A DNA stretch of 64,000 nt, from assembly GCA_001179505.1 (NCBI GenBank), contig CDMY01000391.1, positions 25,272-89,271 of the forward strand, in the 5' to 3' direction. Of the stretch, positions 11,270-24,007 are shown in pieces; the stretch's first letter is position 1, and each line of letters begins with the position of its first letter. The DNA comes from Vitrella brassicaformis CCMP3155 (taxonomy: Eukaryota; Protista; Chromerida). A program made the position numbers and the translations under genes. The notes under the pieces are model-generated. The model saw only the letters and a list, made by a program, of their open reading frames with translations. It was not told the origin of the DNA and ran no database searches.

Positions 11270-14105
11270 GCCCTCCTTGAACGGCTGGCAGCTATATCGG
11301 CCATAGTTGTCCCTTTTGACCGGCGCGCCATGGCAGTATTTATCCTTTGCCTTCTCCTTGTGCATGCACTTCCCCGACCGTCTCCCCTCCTCTGGCGTGC
11401 GCGTGCCCACCACACACACCAGTCCGCCGCCGCAGTTCTGACTCACCGACCCACCGTGGGTGAAATAGAAGCAGGTGCCTGCTCGCACAGCACACACGCA
11501 TGCAGACAGACAGACACATGTGTACACGCCCGCATGGATGTGGCCTCTGTGTGTGTTTGCAGTGCACTCACCTCCATCGTAGCTTTCGAGTTCAACTTCG
11601 GCGCGGGAGCGTTTCTCGTTTTTCTCACGAGCATTCTTAGCATCGATATCGGCCTGGAAGCCCTCCTGCACAGACGTAAACAAACATATCAACACAAACA
11701 TAACATGGCAGCCAGCCAGCCACACATTACCCACGAACCTTGGTCTTGCATTGGTCTCCTTTGATGCTGCAGATGCACGCCTTCTTGGACGGGCCGCATG
11801 GCAGGTTGGCCGTCTCGGATCCTGTGCAGTATGCGGGCTTGGAGTCATACAAAGAGGGCTGGGGGAATCCGAGCAGTGGTCTCGAGGGCTTGGTGTAGGC
11901 GGCGAACTTCTTGGCGAATTCCTTGGTGTACTCGGCGCACTTGTCACTAGCTGCACACAGTCAACACACGCGTACGAATGAGAACAGAGGGAAGGACCAT
12001 TTCGCGTGCAGGTGCATCGGTGTGTTTGTGTGTATAAAGCACTACGCGTGCGTACGTGTGAACTCGAGGGTTTCATGGGTGATGTCCTTGGCGGCGCAGA
12101 ACTTGAACCAATCCGGCCCGGAGCGGTCGACCCGCTCGCAGACGGGCCCCCTTGTCTTGCGGGAGGCGACGTAGTCCACCCAGACGTACTCGCACTCTGT
12201 GTGCTGAAAATTGTAGTACTGGGCAACCGCGAACGGCTGGCGCTCCTTCTTTGGGTCGTAGTCGTCCCTCTTGCGGCAAAGCTTCTCGACGTCGGCCGCA
12301 TTGATACACACGCCTACATCGGTGTCCCCGTCGAAGCCGTGGTACTCGTTGGTTATCAGGCAGACCAGGCCGTCCGGACACGTGTGCTTGTAGTGGCGGC
12401 GGTCCAGACCCTCATCTGTCGTCACCGTCAGCTCACATTTGCCTGTATACACACACACACACACACACACAAGGATACGTACACCCACACACACATGTAC
12501 GCTGCTCTGCGTTAGTTACGGACCGTGATGTTTGCCGGCAGGCGTGGAAGCGAGATGCTCAGACGGGACAGGGCAAACTGCATTCAGACAAGGCGAGACA
12601 CAGGAAATGCCAACTGGATGGATGGATGGATGGATGGATATGCCTTCGTCGAGTACCCGAGGGTTTGTATGGTCCTTTGCCGTCGCAGTAGTTAAAACGA
12701 TCCGCCGCGCAGACATACTCGTCACCGGGATAGGGTTCGCTGCGGCCCCAGAGAGGGCGCACTGGCAAGCCTCTGGGGGGAAGGCAGTCTGTCTTGTTAC
12801 AATGGGACTCCCGCTCGACAAACGGCACGCACTCGCCCTCAACGGCCCAGTTGACTTAGTCCTGCAGCTTCGGATCAGCATCAGCACCCTCGTGAGACCT
12901 CTTGCAGGTGAGTACGCAGATCTGGCCCTCTGGCGTTAGGAACGAGGGATGGACAGAGAAAGAGAGAGAGAAAGGGAGGGGAAGAGGAAGAGAGAGAGAC
13001 ATGTGCAGACGGCATAGCCAAGACTCACCTGGGCAATGCTCCTGGTGGTTACGGTGCTCTCCGCTTCGCTCCGCGAACCAGCATCTGCCTGCACACACGC
13101 GGGATATCACATTTGGGCAAGCAAAGATCCACGTTTCATGCGATTCATTCATGTGTTGTTTGCGTGCTAACGTCCGGGTGCGGTGGATTTGATGCTGCGC
13201 CCCTCGAGAAGGGTATAACGACGATCCGACCTGTCGATTCATTCGCAGGTGCACATGTGCATGCACAAGCGAGTCGGCCACTTACACGCAAACGTCGTCT
13301 TTGCACTCCAGACCCCATTTGCACGGCTTGCTCTTGGGCTTCTTGGGCTCGCAATCAGGGGAAACACATGAAAAGACCGACGAACGCTTGTCCCCGCTGT
13401 CCCCGCAGTAGTCCTTACGATCGCCCTTCGTCTGCAAAGGCAAAGGACACCACACACAGCAAGGCCGATGAGTTGCATCCGAACCAACAGAACCAACAGC
13501 ATAGGTGACCCTTGCCTGGCAGCGACGTGCATACAGCGGGTTGTTCTTGTCCTCCTTGTATGTTTCTGTTTTCCTGTGTCGGTCGACGTGCTCGAAGCAG
13601 AACCCCTCTTTGCCCGTCGTTGCGCAGTCCTTGTCTTTCTGGCATTCATCTGCAGGGAGGAGAAGAGCCATACAGAGAGAGTGATATTCCCATACATCCA
13701 CCACCCACTGGCCTTGGGGATGCTTTTTCTCGTAGTCGGAATGGCTGGTCTTGACAGCTGTTGCGTAAGTGCCTGTCACATTCATCCATTCGGCAAGACA
13801 ACACAAGACGCATGACAATGCGAACTCGATGGATGGATGGATGGATAAGTGTGGATGCCTCCCTGCCTGCATACCGGTAAGGACATTCAGCTGCGTCTGG
13901 AGGTTATCGAGGGTTGTGTTGGCTGCGACCATCAAATCGTTGGCGGCGCTGGTGACTTTACTGGCCTCGGTGCGGAGATCTGGTGCCATTGGGTCAGATG
14001 TGGTGGCGCTGATGGACCGCCCCCTCAACCGACCGTTTCCCGGGGCGAGGGCCCCACGGCGACCTGCCACACTGTGCTGCTGACGCCATTGAACCACCAC
14101 TTCAT
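11270..14105 (-). CDS. Large Cys-rich, probably extracellular, multi-exon protein with repeated CxxGLxC motifs; 3' end lies in the gap
   Basis: Exons include ECQKDKDCATTGKEGFCFEH, KPCKWGLECKDDVC, CNKTDCLPP, TCPDGLVCLIT and QNCGGGLVCVVG. An in-frame TAA at 12856-12858 may sit in a 33-nt intron. Start codon uncertain. Confidence 0.6.
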
Positions 14106-14258
14106 TGCCGGCGTCAATCTCAGCGAGGAAGGAGTGTCGTCGACAGGTAGGTAGCTGCACATAGACAGACTGCACAGGGAATGCATGCCCGGGTGAAGAA
14201 ACCCATTCGAAGGAGGGAGGGGTACACACTAAGTCTCTCTCTCTTGTTGTGTGTGCGC

Positions 14259-14295
14259 GCCAGGTGCGGTGCGACCCAAGGAGAGAGCGGAGAGC

Positions 14296-14333
<38 letters not shown>

Positions 14334-14795
14334 TAGACAGACAGACAGACATGCATACAGACAGACAGACAGACAGATCAATCCATGAGGATGTATGGTC
14401 CGATCCGTGAGCAGCCAAAGGGGGGAGACGCAATTGTACAGAGCGATGAATGTAATGTGCACATGCATTCAGTTCTTCATGGCAAGCACAGCGATAATCA
14501 GTGAGGTCCGCACGCACCACCGTCCGAAAAGCAAGAACAATCGGTCCTGTACAATGCACTGGACCACCCTCGCTGCCGAAAATTGCTGGAAACTGCGAGC
14601 TCTCAACTCCACCAAGGAAAAGTGAAATTGCGCCACCGGCTGGTGCGCTGACGTATCTATCGCATCACATGCACTGCACTAGCGCTATCAAAATTAACTG
14701 TCACATTCATGTGGAGTCAATCACATAGCTTCATCCACTTGGTCGACTGTCAGCAGCTCCAGCTGTCCCCTGTGTCTCATCGACTTCTCCTCTGC
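14259..14795. repeat. Dispersed ~0.5-kb repeat, copy 1
   Basis: Shares long exact blocks with 26156-26637, e.g. GGTGCGCTGACGTATCTATCGCATCACATGCACTGCACTAGCGCTATCAAAATT and TGTCCCCTGTGTCTCATCGACTTCTCCTCTGCAC-like sequence. Confidence 0.85.
14297..14378. repeat. (GACA)n microsatellite, representative of those that fill most introns in the window
   Basis: Direct reading of the sequence. Confidence 0.9.
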
Positions 14796-15403
14796 ACAGA
14801 CACACTGGTGGCAGCCCATGCGTTTCAATGACGGTCACGACACACTGCAAGCGACAAGGCTGTATAAGTAAAGCACACCCATGGTCGATACTCACACCCC
14901 ACCAGCCCTCAAGACACCATCGATGAGACACAGCATCACCCCAAAGGCAGCCAACTACCCAGCCAGGCAGGCAGCCAAGGACGTCAGAAATGGACATGTG
15001 GATGGAGAGAGGGGGCGAGTCAGACACACGCGACCTACAGATCAACTACCTCACACACACGTGTGCATCAATCAGTCGATCAGAGACACCATACGTCACA
15101 CGCAGCCAGCAGGAGGGAGGGCTATCGACACAGATAGATAGATAGATACAAGGCGCGACAGTGGGGGAAAGAGATGCACACCGGCAGGCCGGCAGCCGGG
15201 GAGTCGCGGAGTCCGTGGGCCATCGGCCTCTCATCTACTCTACGCACAGCTATGCGATGCGTCGAGGCGACCGGACAGCTTGCTACTGCAGCCGGTCAGG
15301 CAGGATACACACACACACACAAAGAGAGAAAAGACTGGTTCAGTCAGGGTCAATTCAATGACAGACACCACGGGCTGTGAGGGGTGTCGGCGTATCTGTA
15401 GGT

Positions 15404-17392
15404 TTAATGACGATTGGTGTGTGTCGCGTCAACGCTGCCATTCTCCTCCTCGGCTGATGCATCCTCACCTGTCATCAAGACACACACAATCACACACACA
15501 CACACACACACACACGTGTGATACGGATCGAGACAAGGGTATCTGTGGTGTTCTGTGTGTGCCTTCTTTCCTTCCCTCCTGTGTACCTCCGCTGCCGTGT
15601 TCGCTGTCGACATCCATCTCGTCACTCTCATTGCCACCATCACCGTCTGCACCACACACATAGAGAAGGCCCATTATCGATCCATTCACGCGAGTGTGTG
15701 CCCCTCCTTGCATCCCTCCCTGTCTCCCTGGCTCCCTCATCCCTCTGTCTGTCCGTCCACTCACCGCTATCGTCACCATCGTTATCGCCGTCACCCTCGT
15801 CGCTATCCTCTTCTGCCGATGTGGATTGACATTGAGGCATGTGTGTATACTGACTGTGTGTGCTTTCCTTCCTTCCTTCGTGCGTACCTCCGCTGCCGTC
15901 TCCATCGCTGTCGTCATCCATATCATCCCAACCGCCGCCATGACCGTCGGAATCTACACCACACACAAAGACAGAGAGAGAAGAAATGCCATTCATCCAT
16001 CCACACCATGGCCACCATATTTGTGTCCCTCCCCTGCCCGCACCGTTGTCATCGTCGCTGTCATCGTCTACTTGGCCGTCGAAGACGTATGGCGCCACTC
16101 GTCCCAGCGCCACACGGGCCAGCTGAGTGGTGACAGGGAAGCGGTCCTTGAAGGAACCGCTCACACACGGCACAGGTGCCTCGGTGGTCCAAACGTCAAC
16201 AAACACTGCAGACAATCAGACAGAAAACACTGATGGCATTTGATCACCACCTGAGCTGTCTGTCTGTCAGCCTGACCGTAGTCGTATCCCACATCCGAAA
16301 TGGCAATCCACGCGACGAAGTTGTGGCTGCTGTCGGTGAGCACCAACCGTCGCACACGCTCGTCCCGGCTGAGTGTGGTGGTGCATCCGGCCACCGGTGT
16401 GTGGGGCGACTGGGTCAGGAGGCCATCCAGGCGGCCGCCACCAACACGCCTGAACCAATCACACACGCCCCTCTTGCCACTGATGCCATTTGTGTGGTAC
16501 CTGTTGAGATATATGAATGTGCGATTGGTATGGTGAGTGTGGTGGAGGTGATCGAGGATCACACGCTTGGCAAATGACGACACCGACGAATCGGTGGACG
16601 AGTTACCGTACGACACCCATCTGCCGGTGTGGCCTCGTAGTCGATGCGGCTCCGCACTGGTGGGTCATGCTGTAGTCGGTGCCGCTGATACAGATGGCCG
16701 GCAGGGAGGGGAGGGTCGACGGTCAGCCGAAAACTAGGAAGGTCCCTGATGGCCCGCACCTCATCGTTGGCACGGCGGAAGATCTGCAGGCGGCTGCCGT
16801 CACCGAAGTCGATGTGGCGGCCGACCACCATCAGCTGCGCCAACACACGAGCTACCAACAGATACGCCTACACCACACAGACAGACAGACAGACAGACAG
16901 ACAGGCAGAGAGGAATGAGGTCTCTCCGCTCTCCCCCGCCCCTGTGTGTGTGTGCCTTACCGTCTTGCTGGCGTGTGTGCGAATGTCATCTGCCGTGAGG
17001 TTGACGGGCAGCGTGCAGCAGCCGCACTGGCTGGCCAGCTGCAGCACCTCAGCGACCTCGTCCCACCTCTGCTCTTCCATCATCCAGATGGCCGCCAGCA
17101 GCAGCTGCGCCCCGACCACCGACTGAGTGTCGAAGGCCAGCAGGGTGTCCAGTCGGGTGCCGTCAGCGAGGCGAATGCGATCCAGTGAGCGGTTGAGGCG
17201 ATGGCGGAGGACCTCGGCAGGGAAGTCGACCTTGCTGAAGAACAGGGCCGACTTTCTGATGTTGCCGAGGTCCTTGACGTTGTGCAGCTCATCGCGCTCG
17301 TCCCGATAGACGACGTCCAGGACCTGGCCGTTGATGGCGGGCGATGCCTCGTCGGTGCTCTTGATCTCGACCTTGCTCTTGACCGCACCCAT
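15404..17392 (-). CDS. Lineage-specific family member A, with MGAVKS N-terminus and acidic micro-exon tail
   Basis: Core motifs LTADDIRTHASKT|, RVLAQLMVVGRH, HDPPV, RLDGLLTQSPHTPVAGC and FKDRFPVTTQLARVALG, followed by four short Asp/Glu/Gly-rich exons. Confidence 0.8.
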
Positions 17393-19236
17393 CGCTTGTC
17401 GCAAAGGCTACTTTCTACGCCATCTCGTCATTGAAGCTCGCAATGAATCACGATCGAATTCATTGCTAGGGAGAGGAGAGAAGTGCAAATGGATGCGAGT
17501 GCAATGAGGTGTGTGGGGAAGCCAATCGTTGTTTGGCTTGAAGAAGGAGTGATTGAGTTTTGAGTGAGTGAGTGTGTACTCATTTGTGTGCATCGATGTC
17601 GACTATTCACCACACGGACATATGAGCAATATAATGCAATACAATGCAATGCTCACACACACACGTCTGTCAGTCCATCCATCAACACAGACAGGCAGAC
17701 AGGCCAATACACACACATGGACTACACACAGAGAGGAGAGAGCGCGACCGATATCAGCCATTCATCCAAAGAGAGAGGGAGGGGGAAAGCCAACGGTCGT
17801 CAGCCATTCCACCGACATGCGTGGCCCCCCTGTGACTGAGTGAGTGAATGAGTGCGTCCCGCGCCACACTCATCCATGGCCACGCAGGCAGGCAACACAC
17901 ACACTCATACACAGATAAAGAGAGAGGCCATTCGATGTGTACACATGTCAGTAACTATGTCACCATATGTATACGGACGTACATATGTGTGTGTACATAT
18001 TTATGTATAGGTGTGTACAGAGATCGAGGGATACAGAGAGGGGGGAGAGAGGGGAGGCAGCCGACGTAAGGCAATTAGGCAGCACAGGTGGACCAACGAT
18101 CGCGACACATGCGCCACATGTCGCGTACCGCCGTCCCACCACCATGCACCACCACCACCACCACCACGAGTAAGTCAGGAGGGCTGGGGCGGATCACTCC
18201 AGTGTGTATGGCTGCGTATACATGACCGAGTGCCATGCAGCAGCCGCACACGAGATGAACTCAGGAAGCCGCCCACAGCCCCAGGGAACCAACAAGGAGG
18301 CAAAGACAACTGACTGCATCGGAGCAGCCTGTCTGTCTGTTTGTCTGTCTGTCTGTGCGTCTGTCTGGTCCAGTGTTGTGAATGGATGGACCACGACTGT
18401 GAAGCACACGCTGCCACGTATGTGTGATGCGTGTGTGTGGAGCAAACAATGCGCCGCAGATGGATCAATGGATGGATGGATGGATGGACACACCATACAA
18501 GAGTGTGTGGTGCGTCGACCGGTCTGTCTGTCTGTCTGTCTGGGTTCAGGCAGACAGACAGACATGTGTGTACCCATTCAGAGAGAGAGGAGATGTCAAT
18601 CATCAGCCCAACAAAAGCACCGGCCGCCCAGCCATGCAGACGGAGAGGAGTGAGGGGCAAAACAGATAGACACGGCAGCGCAGCCAAGGAGTGTGTGTGT
18701 GTGTGTGTGTATTGATTTCTGTCCACCGACACGTGCGCATCAGTCAGTCCATCCACAGACACACACACACACACAGACACAGCCAGGCAGTCAATACCGC
18801 TCACACAGACACAGCCAGGCAGTCATTTTCCATGTGGTTCACCCAGGCAGGTAGTCAGGCCGGCAGCCAGGCACACACATTGCGGCCGAGCCGTGAGGTC
18901 AAAACCGGCCAGCAGTGAAGGGCAACACACCAACCACAGCCAGGCAGGAAGCCACCCAGATAGGTACATATCAACAGAGAGGGCGAGAGAGGGAGGGATA
19001 TGCAGAGAGGCTGGACGGCGCAACGCAGACAGGTCGCCCACCCACAGCCATTGGGCCAGTCATGTGTCAGCAGCTGGTCTCTCTACAGAGTGGGCGGTAT
19101 ACGATCTCTCTCTATCACAGACAGCCATAAGTCGATTCGGGCAGCCAGCAGCCACTGACAGCACTGCAAACACTCTGCTCCAGCGCACTGTGGTGTGCGC
19201 GAGTACCTGTGGTGGTCCCGTATTGAGTTGGGTTGA

Positions 19237-22060
19237 TCAGTCGCCGCTCTCCTCCTCAGCTGAGGCATTGTCACCCGTCATGCAGACACACAGAGACCTG
19301 GATGTGATGCGGGTCGATGTGAGTCTATCTGTCGTCCGCTGTGTGCCTCTCCCCCTCGTGTGTACCTCCGCCGCCCTCTCCGTCGCTGTCGTCGTCCATA
19401 TCATCTCAACCGCCGCCATGGCCGTCGGAACCTACACCACACACACACACAGACAGAGAAGAAATGCCATCCATCCATCCACACTATGGCCACCATATGT
19501 GTGTCCCTCCCTCCCTCCCTCCCTCCCTCCCCCCCCTGTCCGCACTGTCATCATCGTCGCTGTCATCGTCCACTTGGCCGTTGAAGACGTATGGCGCCAC
19601 ATCTGACCCCAGCGCCACACGGGCCAGCTGAGTGGTCACCGGGAAGCGGTCCTTAAAGGCACCACTTACACACACAGGCGCCTCGGTCGTCACAATCCAA
19701 ACCCTCACTGCAGACAACCAGACAGAAATCACATGAAATTTGACCAGCGGAGCTGCCTGTCTGTCAGCCTGACCATTGTCGTTTCCATTATCCAGAATGA
19801 AAATCCATGCGACGAATGTGTGGCTTTCGTCGGTGATCACCAGGCATCGCACACGACCGTCCCGGCTGCTGAGTGTGGTGGTGCATCCGGCCACCGGTGA
19901 GTGGGGCGACTGGGTCAGGAGGCCATCAGACGGCCGCCACCAACACGCCTGAACCAACCACACACATACACACACACAATCACACACGCACCCCTCTCAC
20001 CCACTGGTGCCATTGATGTGTTACCTGTTGAGGAGTATTCCTGTGCGATTGATCTGGTGAGTCTTGAGGAAGTGGTTCATTACCATGCCCTTAGCGAAGG
20101 ACCACACCGAGGAATCGGTGCACGGGAGACCGTCCGACTCCCATGTGCCGATGGCGCCCAAGTAGTTGATGCGGCTCTCCACTGGGGGGTCATGCTCCAG
20201 TCGGTGCTGCTGATACAGATGGTGGGCAGCGAGGGGCGGGTCGACGGTCAGCCGGAAGCCGGGCTCGTCCTTGATGGCCCGCACCTCACCATTGGCACGG
20301 CGGAAGATCTGCAGGCAGCTGCGGTCACCGAAGTCGACGTGGCGGCCGGCCACCATGAGCTGCGCCAACACACGAGCTACCGACAGATACGCCTACACCA
20401 TACAGACAGACAGAGAGGGAATGCACGAGGCCTCTCCGGTCTCTCCCACCCCTCTGTGTGTGTGTGCATGTCTTACCGTCTTGCTGGCGTGTGTGCGAAT
20501 GTCATCTGCCATGAGGATGACAGGCAGTGTGCAGTAGCGGTACTGGCTGGCCCACTGCAGCACCTCCCTCGTCTCATCCCACCGCCCGCCCTCCTCGGCG
20601 ATCCACACCGCCGCCATGAGCTCACCCATCCCCAGCGATGGGTCGAACTGCACCAGCTGCAGCTGCTGAGTGTTGATGCCATCTCCGTCACGGCTCAGCG
20701 AGTGGTCGAGGCGGTTGCGCAGCTGGGCAGATGAGAAGGCTTTTCTGAAGCATGGTGCGGTGGCCCTCAGCTGAAGTGTGGTGCTGATGTCGGGGATGCA
20801 GCATCGGTCGTCGACGAAGAAATGGGCAAGGGGATGGTCCTTGTTGCTATCCTGCAGACGGCACACACACACGTCAAGGCACATCTGGCGCATTTCGGTC
20901 GGCTGTGTCACGCCCACCTGCTGCTGCTGCTGCTGCTGAGGGTGGTTGTGGACCGCGGGTTGCTCGGATGAGGGTCGTCGCCAACACCATGACCACACAC
21001 GGCAGCAGATGTGCCACATGAGCACCATCCACCACACAGACACCTACATAATGGGAACCATCGCAACACTCACTCTTCAAGTCAGTTGTGTCACACCCAC
21101 CTGCTGGTGCGGGTAGCTGTGCGTCGATGCGACGCTGTGGCGATCGGGCGAGGCGAACAACTCATCCACTGCATCCGTCACTAACTGGACGAAGGACACA
21201 AACGACACACAATGAAACCACCGCGTTGGTCATTCTGCTATTCTTATGACATGGTCACCCCTTTGGTGGTCTGTGTGTCGCGCCACAGCAGCCGCAGCAT
21301 CCTCAGGGTCGCTATGCCAGACTCCAACGCCGCCTCGCTAAACGAACTCTCAGCCACAAGGGCCGCACTCTGACGGACATTGACCCCCCCAGGCCATCAC
21401 ACACATCGTCGCACATCATGACACGTGGTGCTCCTTCGGCTGACCCAAATGCGGCCCGCTATCTGGTCCTGGTTGGCCTTGCGTGTGATGTAGACGGCCG
21501 TGGCGGCCAGCAGGCGGACATCGCACCCGGCCAAATCGACGTCACACATCGAGAGAAACTGTGGACAAACACACAAAAGGGCAAGGACAGACATGGATAA
21601 GCCATTCGATGGCTGGAGGTGTCTGTGTGTGGCTAACGGACCGGCTTACCATGAGGTATTTGGCGACTGAGAACAGGCGGCCGTGGGTGTCCATGCCGGC
21701 GGCAGTGAAGAGCCTCTCCAGACACTCCAGCCCGCAGTCAGATCTATCGGCCATCGCTCGGCCCACCAGCTGCACACACAGACAGCCGAACAAATGTCCG
21801 GTGTGCCTGTCTGTGTGTGTGACGTCAAAGCACCCGGGTGTATGTCGGCTGAATGGGCACATCAGCGACACTGACCAGCCGCACCGCCCGCATGACCGTC
21901 GTGTCGCCGCAGCCAATCCGTGACGCCCTCCCAACTAACTGGTTCACCCAGACGGCTGCACCACCAGACACACACACACACAGGAACACATCAGAAATGG
22001 ATTTGTGAATCGTTCGTGTGTCGTCCGGGTGGGCGGACCTCTCCGCTGCGGCCACTTCAT
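19237..22060 (-). CDS. Family member B: partially deleted cyclin-like N-terminus plus family core
   Basis: MKWPQRR|AVWVNQLVGRASRIGCGDTTVMRAVRL...AKYLM|FLSMCDVDLAGCDVRLLAATAVYITRK, then DHPLAHFFVDD...LQLRATAPCFRKAF and the shared core. Confidence 0.75.
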
Positions 22061-22895
22061 CTGCCGTCCTACCAGACAAACACACAGCATCACACCGACG
22101 TGCAGATCTGTCATTCCCGCCATCAGGTCGTCCCATTGGCCTCACCTTAAACACATTAGTCAACCAACCAACGATGCCCTCCGACATCGCCCCAGGCGTC
22201 TCACCGATGGATCCCAGCCATCAGGGCGCCTCGTGAAGGCCTCTGCTGTCCTCAAAAGAGGCCGGGGAGGCCCGGAACAGGCCACAGATCAATCCACACA
22301 AGGCTCGCCGAATCGAAGCCACGCAAACTGTCCTCAATCGCCGTGTGCAGATGCCGCTCTGCACACGCCGAATCGCCCGGTCCTACATCCGAACGATCTT
22401 CGCCCGAAAACGATAAACTTCAGGGTTCGAAGGGTCAAAGGGTTTCATACCCTACAGCCTCCCGGACAGTCTGTGCGTTGCGAGCGTGACGCACTCGGCC
22501 GAGAATGGGTCACTCGAGTCATCCTCTCGCTTGCTGCGGTGAGATGGTGGCCCATTGAGCTTACAGACATCGGAGGTGAGGGAGGCCGACCACTCACTGA
22601 CAGTTCACTGACTCACTGATGCACTCACTGATCCATTGGCCTCAATGCGGTCGCCGTCCTTTTCTGTTGGCATCTCTCCCTGTGTGTCTGTCGGCCCATC
22701 GCTGCAGGTTTGTCGTTGAGGAGTGACGGCGGCCTCCTCATCTGCCGCTGCTGGTGCTGGTGCTGCTAGTGGTGCATTCAGTTCTCTGCATGCTCATCTG
22801 TCCATCTGTTCATCGAACGAGGTGAGCAGCACACAGATCAATGAGCAGCATGCTTGATGCACACGATCCTCTGTCGGCTCTGTCGCTCTGTGCAG

Positions 22896-24007
22896 GCTGT
22901 CGTCGAGCACATCATAGCCCAGATGCACCGCTTGTTGTCCCTTGGCGATCCACGAGACGCGTGTGCTTCGAATTGGCAGCGCGGCTCGGGGCATCGCGTC
23001 TGGTGGTGCTGCGAGATTCGGCCTACCGAAGATCTTGTGTGTCTTGGTTGGTCTTGTGTGGTTGATGGGGAGTGCTGAGAGCACGTCGGCGGAGGAGGAG
23101 CAGGTGGAGATGGAACTCAAAGACATGGAACAGGGTACGCAGGCAGGCAGGCCTGTGCTGTGGCAGGCTCGGTCTCACGTTACGCTGCCTTTTCTCGTTT
23201 CTTTCTTTCTTGCGTCACGTCAGGTGTGTTGCAGGACGACAATTTTCCGTGGTTCCACATCGTGCAGTGGTGCAGCGAGGACGTGTCGTCGGACACCGTG
23301 TTCCGCTGGTCGCTGGACGAGGTCCGCGAAAGAGTGCTGCGGCTGACCGACAGCGTCGAGTCGTTCCTGGAGCAGTGCCCTCCGGCTGACATACCCGAGT
23401 TCACACTCGATGACTCCACCACATTCGTAGAATGGTCAGTCAGCGAGACAGACAGACAGACAGACAGAACAGCAGGGAGAGACAGCGCACGTGTGAGTGT
23501 CTGTGTGAGTGTAGGGCGGGTGCCTTGTTGGACCAGCTGCCGTCGCTCAAGGAGGTGCGGTACCGTCTGGTGCCGTCGAGGATCAAGGAGGAACGGTTCT
23601 GGAAACGCTACTTCGGAGCCATCAAGAACATTCTCACACAAGAGGTACGTACGTACGCCTGTCTGTCGGTCTGTCTGTCAGCCAGAAAGGCAGAGAGATA
23701 GAGAGGGAGTCAGAGAGATGGAGAGGGAGATACATACATGCATGGCCACAGTGGCCAGCACCGTCCCTGTCTGTGGGTGTCGTGTTGGTCCATTGTGTCC
23801 ATTACTCAGTTGCTGGCCACGCCCACAGCTGAGAAGACCCGAGCGTTCTCCATCAAGGCCTCCGTGCAGAACGGCCTCCCGCCACGTCCTTCATCCATCG
23901 CACCCGACGCAGCACAGTCGCACACGCACTTGATGAACGGCACCACCCAGCCCAATGGCGTCCCACAGACCGACGCCCTCTTGCCCCCTACCATCCCCAG
24001 CCCATGA
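22896..24007 (+). CDS. BSD-domain protein (5' end uncertain)
   Basis: LLDQLPSLKEVRYRLVPSRIKEERFWKRYF matches the BSD pattern (L..LR..LVP....EE.FW.RYF). Flanking exons are in phase. Confidence 0.75.

Noticed and set aside
22420-22452. AGGGTT-like telomeric motifs
   Set aside because: Only three degenerate, irregularly spaced units.
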